The notes under the pieces: generated by a model | What the model was told of the DNA's origin: nothing | Databases searched by the model: none | Seen by the model: the letters and a program-made list of their open reading frames with translations, nothing else | Made by a program: the position numbers and the translations under genes | Shown here: piece after piece, positions 30,520 through 33,739 of the stretch | Position numbering within the stretch: position 1 is the first letter of the stretch | How the letters are laid out: every line of letters starts with the position of its first letter | Origin: Pseudomonadota bacterium | GTDB taxonomy: Bacteria > Pseudomonadota > Gammaproteobacteria > Pseudomonadales > Cellvibrionaceae | Assembly (NCBI GenBank): GCA_023416875.1 | Contig: JAEZGT010000316.1 | Location: 1-33,739 of the forward strand | Direction of reading: 5' to 3' | DNA length: 33,739 nucleotides

Positions 30520-31683
30520 ATGCCCCATTCTCTGGAAAATTTTGACCTTTCCCGCGTTCCCAGCCCTTGCTACGTCGTCGACGCCGCGGCGCTAGAGCGC
30601 AATTTGCGCATATTGGCGCGAGTGCAGGAGGAAAGCGGAGCTAAGGTATTGCTTGCGCTCAAGGCGTTTTCCATGTTCGCGGCGGCGCCTCTGGTGATGC
30701 GTTATCTGAAAGGCACCTGCGCTAGCGGTCTGTATGAAGCGCGCCTGGGAAGAGAGCAATTCGGCGGGGAGGTCCACACCTATGCGGCGGCCTATCGCCC
30801 AGCGGAGATGGAGGCGATTTTGGAAGCCTCAGATCACGTGGTGTTTAACTCATTCGGGCAGTGGCAGCGTTTCCGCGAGCAGGCTCTCGCCGCCCAGGCC
30901 AAACGCCCTGGACTGGAGTTTGGTCTGCGGATCAACCCGGAACACTCGGAAGGCGCCACGCCGATTTACGACCCCTGCGCACCCTGCTCCCGTATGGGTA
31001 TTCCCGTCGCCAAATTTGAAGGCCAGGATCTGAGCGGTCTGTCCGGTCTGCACTTCCACACTCTGTGCGAGCAAGACTATGAACCGCTGCGCCGTACCTT
31101 GGATGTTATCGAGCGCAATTTCGCCGCTTATCTGCCGCAAATGAAGTGGATCAACTTCGGCGGCGGTCACCACATCACTCGCGATGATTATCAAGTGGAC
31201 GCGCTGATCGAGCGCATCAAGCAGTTCCAGGACAAATATCAGGTGCAGGTCTATCTAGAGCCGGGGGAAGCGATCGCGTTGAACAGCGGTATCCTGGTAG
31301 CCGAAGTGCTCGACACCAACTGGAACGGTATGGATTTGGCGATTCTCGACACCTCCGCCACCTGCCATATGCCGGACGTGCTGGAAATGCCCTACCGCCC
31401 GCGTATCACCGGCACCGGCCAGCCCGGCGAGTTGCCCCACACCTATCGCCTGGGCGGACCGAGCTGTCTGTCCGGGGACGTCATCGGCGATTACAGCTTC
31501 CCTGCTCTGCTCCAGATCGGCCAGCGCATGATGTTTGAGGATATGGCGATCTACACCATGGTGAAAAACACCACTTTTAACGGCATTCCCCTGCCCGCCA
31601 TAGCGCTCTACAACAGTGAGACCGACGAGTTAAAAATTGTAAAAGAGTTTGGGTATGAGCACTTCCTGGAACGTCTTTCATAG
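30520..31683 (+). CDS. nspC: Carboxy(nor)spermidine decarboxylase
   Basis: LLALKAFS (PLP Lys), ASGLYEA, YDPCAPCSRMG, GLHFHTLCEQ, NFGGGHHIT, LEPGEA, HMPDVLEMPY, SCLSGD, YTMVKNTTFNG. Confidence 0.95.
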   Translation: MPHSLENFDLSRVPSPCYVVDAAALERNLRILARVQEESGAKVLLALKAFSMFAAAPLVMRYLKGTCASGLYEARLGREQFGGEVHTYAAAYRPAEMEAILEASDHVVFNSFGQWQRFREQALAAQAKRPGLEFGLRINPEHSEGATPIYDPCAPCSRMGIPVAKFEGQDLSGLSGLHFHTLCEQDYEPLRRTLDVIERNFAAYLPQMKWINFGGGHHITRDDYQVDALIERIKQFQDKYQVQVYLEPGEAIALNSGILVAEVLDTNWNGMDLAILDTSATCHMPDVLEMPYRPRITGTGQPGELPHTYRLGGPSCLSGDVIGDYSFPALLQIGQRMMFEDMAIYTMVKNTTFNGIPLPAIALYNSETDELKIVKEFGYEHFLERLS

Positions 31684-31743
31684 TATCGCGGCAATCGGAT
31701 GGCTATGATGCGCCGCAACGAAGCTTGTTGAGATTGGTGCCTC

Positions 31744-32433
31744 ATGACCGAATCGCCATTACCCATATGCCAGTGCCGAGTTTCGGACTTGGAGTGCTTA
31801 CAGAAGGAAGAAGCGCGTTTGCGGGAGGAAGTCGCGCACTTGAGGGAGAAGCTGCAGGCCCTTGAACTGCAGGTAATGCGGGACCCGCTCACGGGGCTGT
31901 ATAACAAGCGCCATTTTGACCGGGTGCTGGAAATAGAAATGGAGCGCGCCCGCCGCACTCAGCAACCTCTGAGCATCATTCTGCTGGACCTGGACCATTT
32001 CAAAAGCGTAAATGACTGCTTTGGCCATCCGGTCGGTGATCAGGTTCTCCACGCGGCCGCGCAACTTCTCAAAGGCGAACTCAGAATGACCGATGTGCCG
32101 TGCCGCTACGGCGGTGAGGAATTTGTCGTTATTCTGCCCTCCACGCCGCCGACCACCGCAGTACAAGTGGCGGAGCGCCTGCGTTCTGCGTTGAAACGCG
32201 CTCCCATCACCACCGACAAAGGCCCGGTTAGACTCACCGCCAGCCTCGGCGTTGCCGCCTTCCGCCCCGACCAAAAAATGACAGCAGCGTCTCTGATCGA
32301 ACGCGCCGACGAAAAGCTGTACGAAGCTAAACGCAGTGGTCGGGATCGCGTTTTTGCCGACACGTCGAATACGCCTGCCACAACTATCTCTGTCGAAGAG
32401 CACGCGGCGCTGCTTGACCCCTCAGTCGCCTAA
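31744..32433 (+). CDS. Diguanylate cyclase (GGDEF) with N-terminal coiled coil
   Basis: DPLTGLYNKR, DLDHFKSVND.FGH.VGD, I-site RMTD, active site RYGGEEF, LYEAKRSGR. Confidence 0.93.
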   Translation: MTESPLPICQCRVSDLECLQKEEARLREEVAHLREKLQALELQVMRDPLTGLYNKRHFDRVLEIEMERARRTQQPLSIILLDLDHFKSVNDCFGHPVGDQVLHAAAQLLKGELRMTDVPCRYGGEEFVVILPSTPPTTAVQVAERLRSALKRAPITTDKGPVRLTASLGVAAFRPDQKMTAASLIERADEKLYEAKRSGRDRVFADTSNTPATTISVEEHAALLDPSVA

Positions 32434-33255
32434 ATGCGCCGACTTCTTGCGCTCCTGATCGCCTTGAGCTTCGCCGGTTGCAGTTTCAATCCGGAGCGCG
32501 AAACTCAACAGCTGTGCCCTTCCTGCGAGATCGTAAGACTCGCCGTCGCAACGCCCACGCCAGCCCTCGGATACCTCCATAATCTTGGAGCAAGCCCGGA
32601 TAACCCGTTTCTCCACGTTTACCTCGAAGGGGACGGGCAACCCTGGTTGCGCGGCCGTTGGCCGGCAACCAACCCTTCCTCGCGGGAAATGACCGTTCTA
32701 CAGCTGATGCTGCTGGACCCACATCCAAGCCTCTACCTCAATCGTCCTTGTTACGGGTACAGGCAAATGCCGGAAAACTGTGTATCGACGCTGTGGACCG
32801 ACGGACGCTACTCCGCAGAAGTTGTGGCCACTATGGCAACAGCGCTAAAGGAAATGGGGCAGAAATATCCAGGTAAACGCTTGGTATTGATCGGCCATAG
32901 CGGCGGCGGAACACTAGCGATGTTGGTGGCGCAACGCTTGGAGAATGTCGCTGCAGTGGTGACGCTAGCGGCGAATCTAGATCACCGCGCCTGGACGGAC
33001 ACACACGGATATCTACCGCTGACTCCGTCGCTCAATCCTGCGGAGCAACCACTGCTACCGGAAAGTGTTATTCGCTGGCATTTGGCTGCTGGGAAAGATC
33101 TACAGGTACCGGCAAGAATTACTGAAGAAGTCGCGGGCCGCGATCCAGCGGCCCGCTTTAGTCACTACCCAGACTTTGATCACACCTGCTGCTGGCAACG
33201 AATCTGGCCAGAGTTACTGCAAACACTTCAGCATCAATTAACCGGCACAAAATAA
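32434..33255 (+). CDS. Alpha/beta hydrolase lipoprotein
   Basis: Lipobox FAGC, LHVYLEGDG, YLNRPC, nucleophile GHSGGG, acid GKD, His in FDHTCCW. Confidence 0.85.
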   Translation: MRRLLALLIALSFAGCSFNPERETQQLCPSCEIVRLAVATPTPALGYLHNLGASPDNPFLHVYLEGDGQPWLRGRWPATNPSSREMTVLQLMLLDPHPSLYLNRPCYGYRQMPENCVSTLWTDGRYSAEVVATMATALKEMGQKYPGKRLVLIGHSGGGTLAMLVAQRLENVAAVVTLAANLDHRAWTDTHGYLPLTPSLNPAEQPLLPESVIRWHLAAGKDLQVPARITEEVAGRDPAARFSHYPDFDHTCCWQRIWPELLQTLQHQLTGTK

Positions 33256-33739
33256 AAGGTGCCGCCTTCATGGCCGGCTTCCCGCACAGGCTTCATCTCC
33301 GGAATCTGCACTTCTTCGGCATACTGACTGCGTTTGCGCACATTGACCGAGAGTTGCGCAAACAAACCGCTGTCGCGCAGGGTGTCCTGATTCTGCTCAA
33401 GCGCATCGATCAGCGCGCTGGCAAATACCGAGTGGGTTTTGTTGGAGCCATCCAATACGGGTTTTACACCACCGGATGAAATCACCACGCGCGCGCGCCG
33501 CGACAGTCCCGATTGAATGGCTTTGGCGGATTGCGATCCACTTACACCAAATAAAAAAGGGCTTTTTTCTGAACCGAGATATCCGGCGTAGCAGGAATCC
33601 GAAATCACTAGCACCGAGCGGGCGCGCATGCGATCCAGGTGGTCGCTGATCACCGAGTTATTGATCCAGTTGCTGATATTGTCTTTACCCGCATCCACCG
33701 GCAGCCAATAACCCCGCTCGGTGCGGCTTTGATCGCTGC
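33234..33739 (-). CDS. Caspase-family (peptidase C14) protein, C-terminal part; 5' end lies outside the window
   Basis: The frame is open to the window edge: SDQSRTERGYWLPVDA...RSVLVISDSCYAG (catalytic Cys)...ISSGGVKPVLDG..HSVFASALI...GHEGGTFYFVP. The catalytic His is not visible. Confidence 0.85.
   Translation of the reverse strand, partial: SDQSRTERGYWLPVDAGKDNISNWINNSVISDHLDRMRARSVLVISDSCYAGYLGSEKSPFLFGVSGSQSAKAIQSGLSRRARVVISSGGVKPVLDGSNKTHSVFASALIDALEQNQDTLRDSGLFAQLSVNVRKRSQYAEEVQIPEMKPVREAGHEGGTFYFVPVN

Noticed and set aside
29155..30528. 457-aa minus-strand ORF
   Set aside because: It is the antisense shadow of CASDH, explained by codon bias; no recognisable motifs.

Overview
This is a mostly core-genome chromosomal window from a gammaproteobacterium. 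A CE2-type esterase lipoprotein, FabY, a RegB/RegA (RoxSR)-type pair and DUF2489 suggest a Cellvibrionales/Pseudomonadales-like, probably polysaccharide-degrading organism (inference). Left arm: truncated CE2 esterase (-), CX5R phosphatase with a Pho box, dauA-regB-regA-trmA, DUF2489-rmuC (-) and murI. Middle: the proteostasis cluster tRNA-Leu-tig-clpP-clpX-lon-hupB-ppiD (-), then TraB/GumN, fadA, fadB, an XRE-cupin regulator and fabY (all -), and a GlxA-type AraC regulator. Right arm: ibpA and an HPF/RaiA paralog with back-to-back sigma32-like promoters, the polyamine operon speA-CASDH-nspC, a GGDEF protein, an alpha/beta-hydrolase lipoprotein and the truncated C-terminus of a caspase-family protein (-). 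I saw no integrase, transposase, rRNA or CRISPR array. The best leads are: (1) a RegB-type kinase with an atypical H-box (HALGTP) and altered quinone motif, in a candidate FNR-driven operon with a dicarboxylate transporter; (2) a stand-alone VarH-like phosphatase behind a well-placed Pho box; (3) a polyamine operon with no putrescine-forming step, plus a triplicated speA stop region; (4) mirror-image heat-shock promoters linking a small HSP with a ribosome hibernation factor; (5) a DGC-hydrolase-caspase module at the right edge. All family calls come from motif recognition by eye, not database searches.
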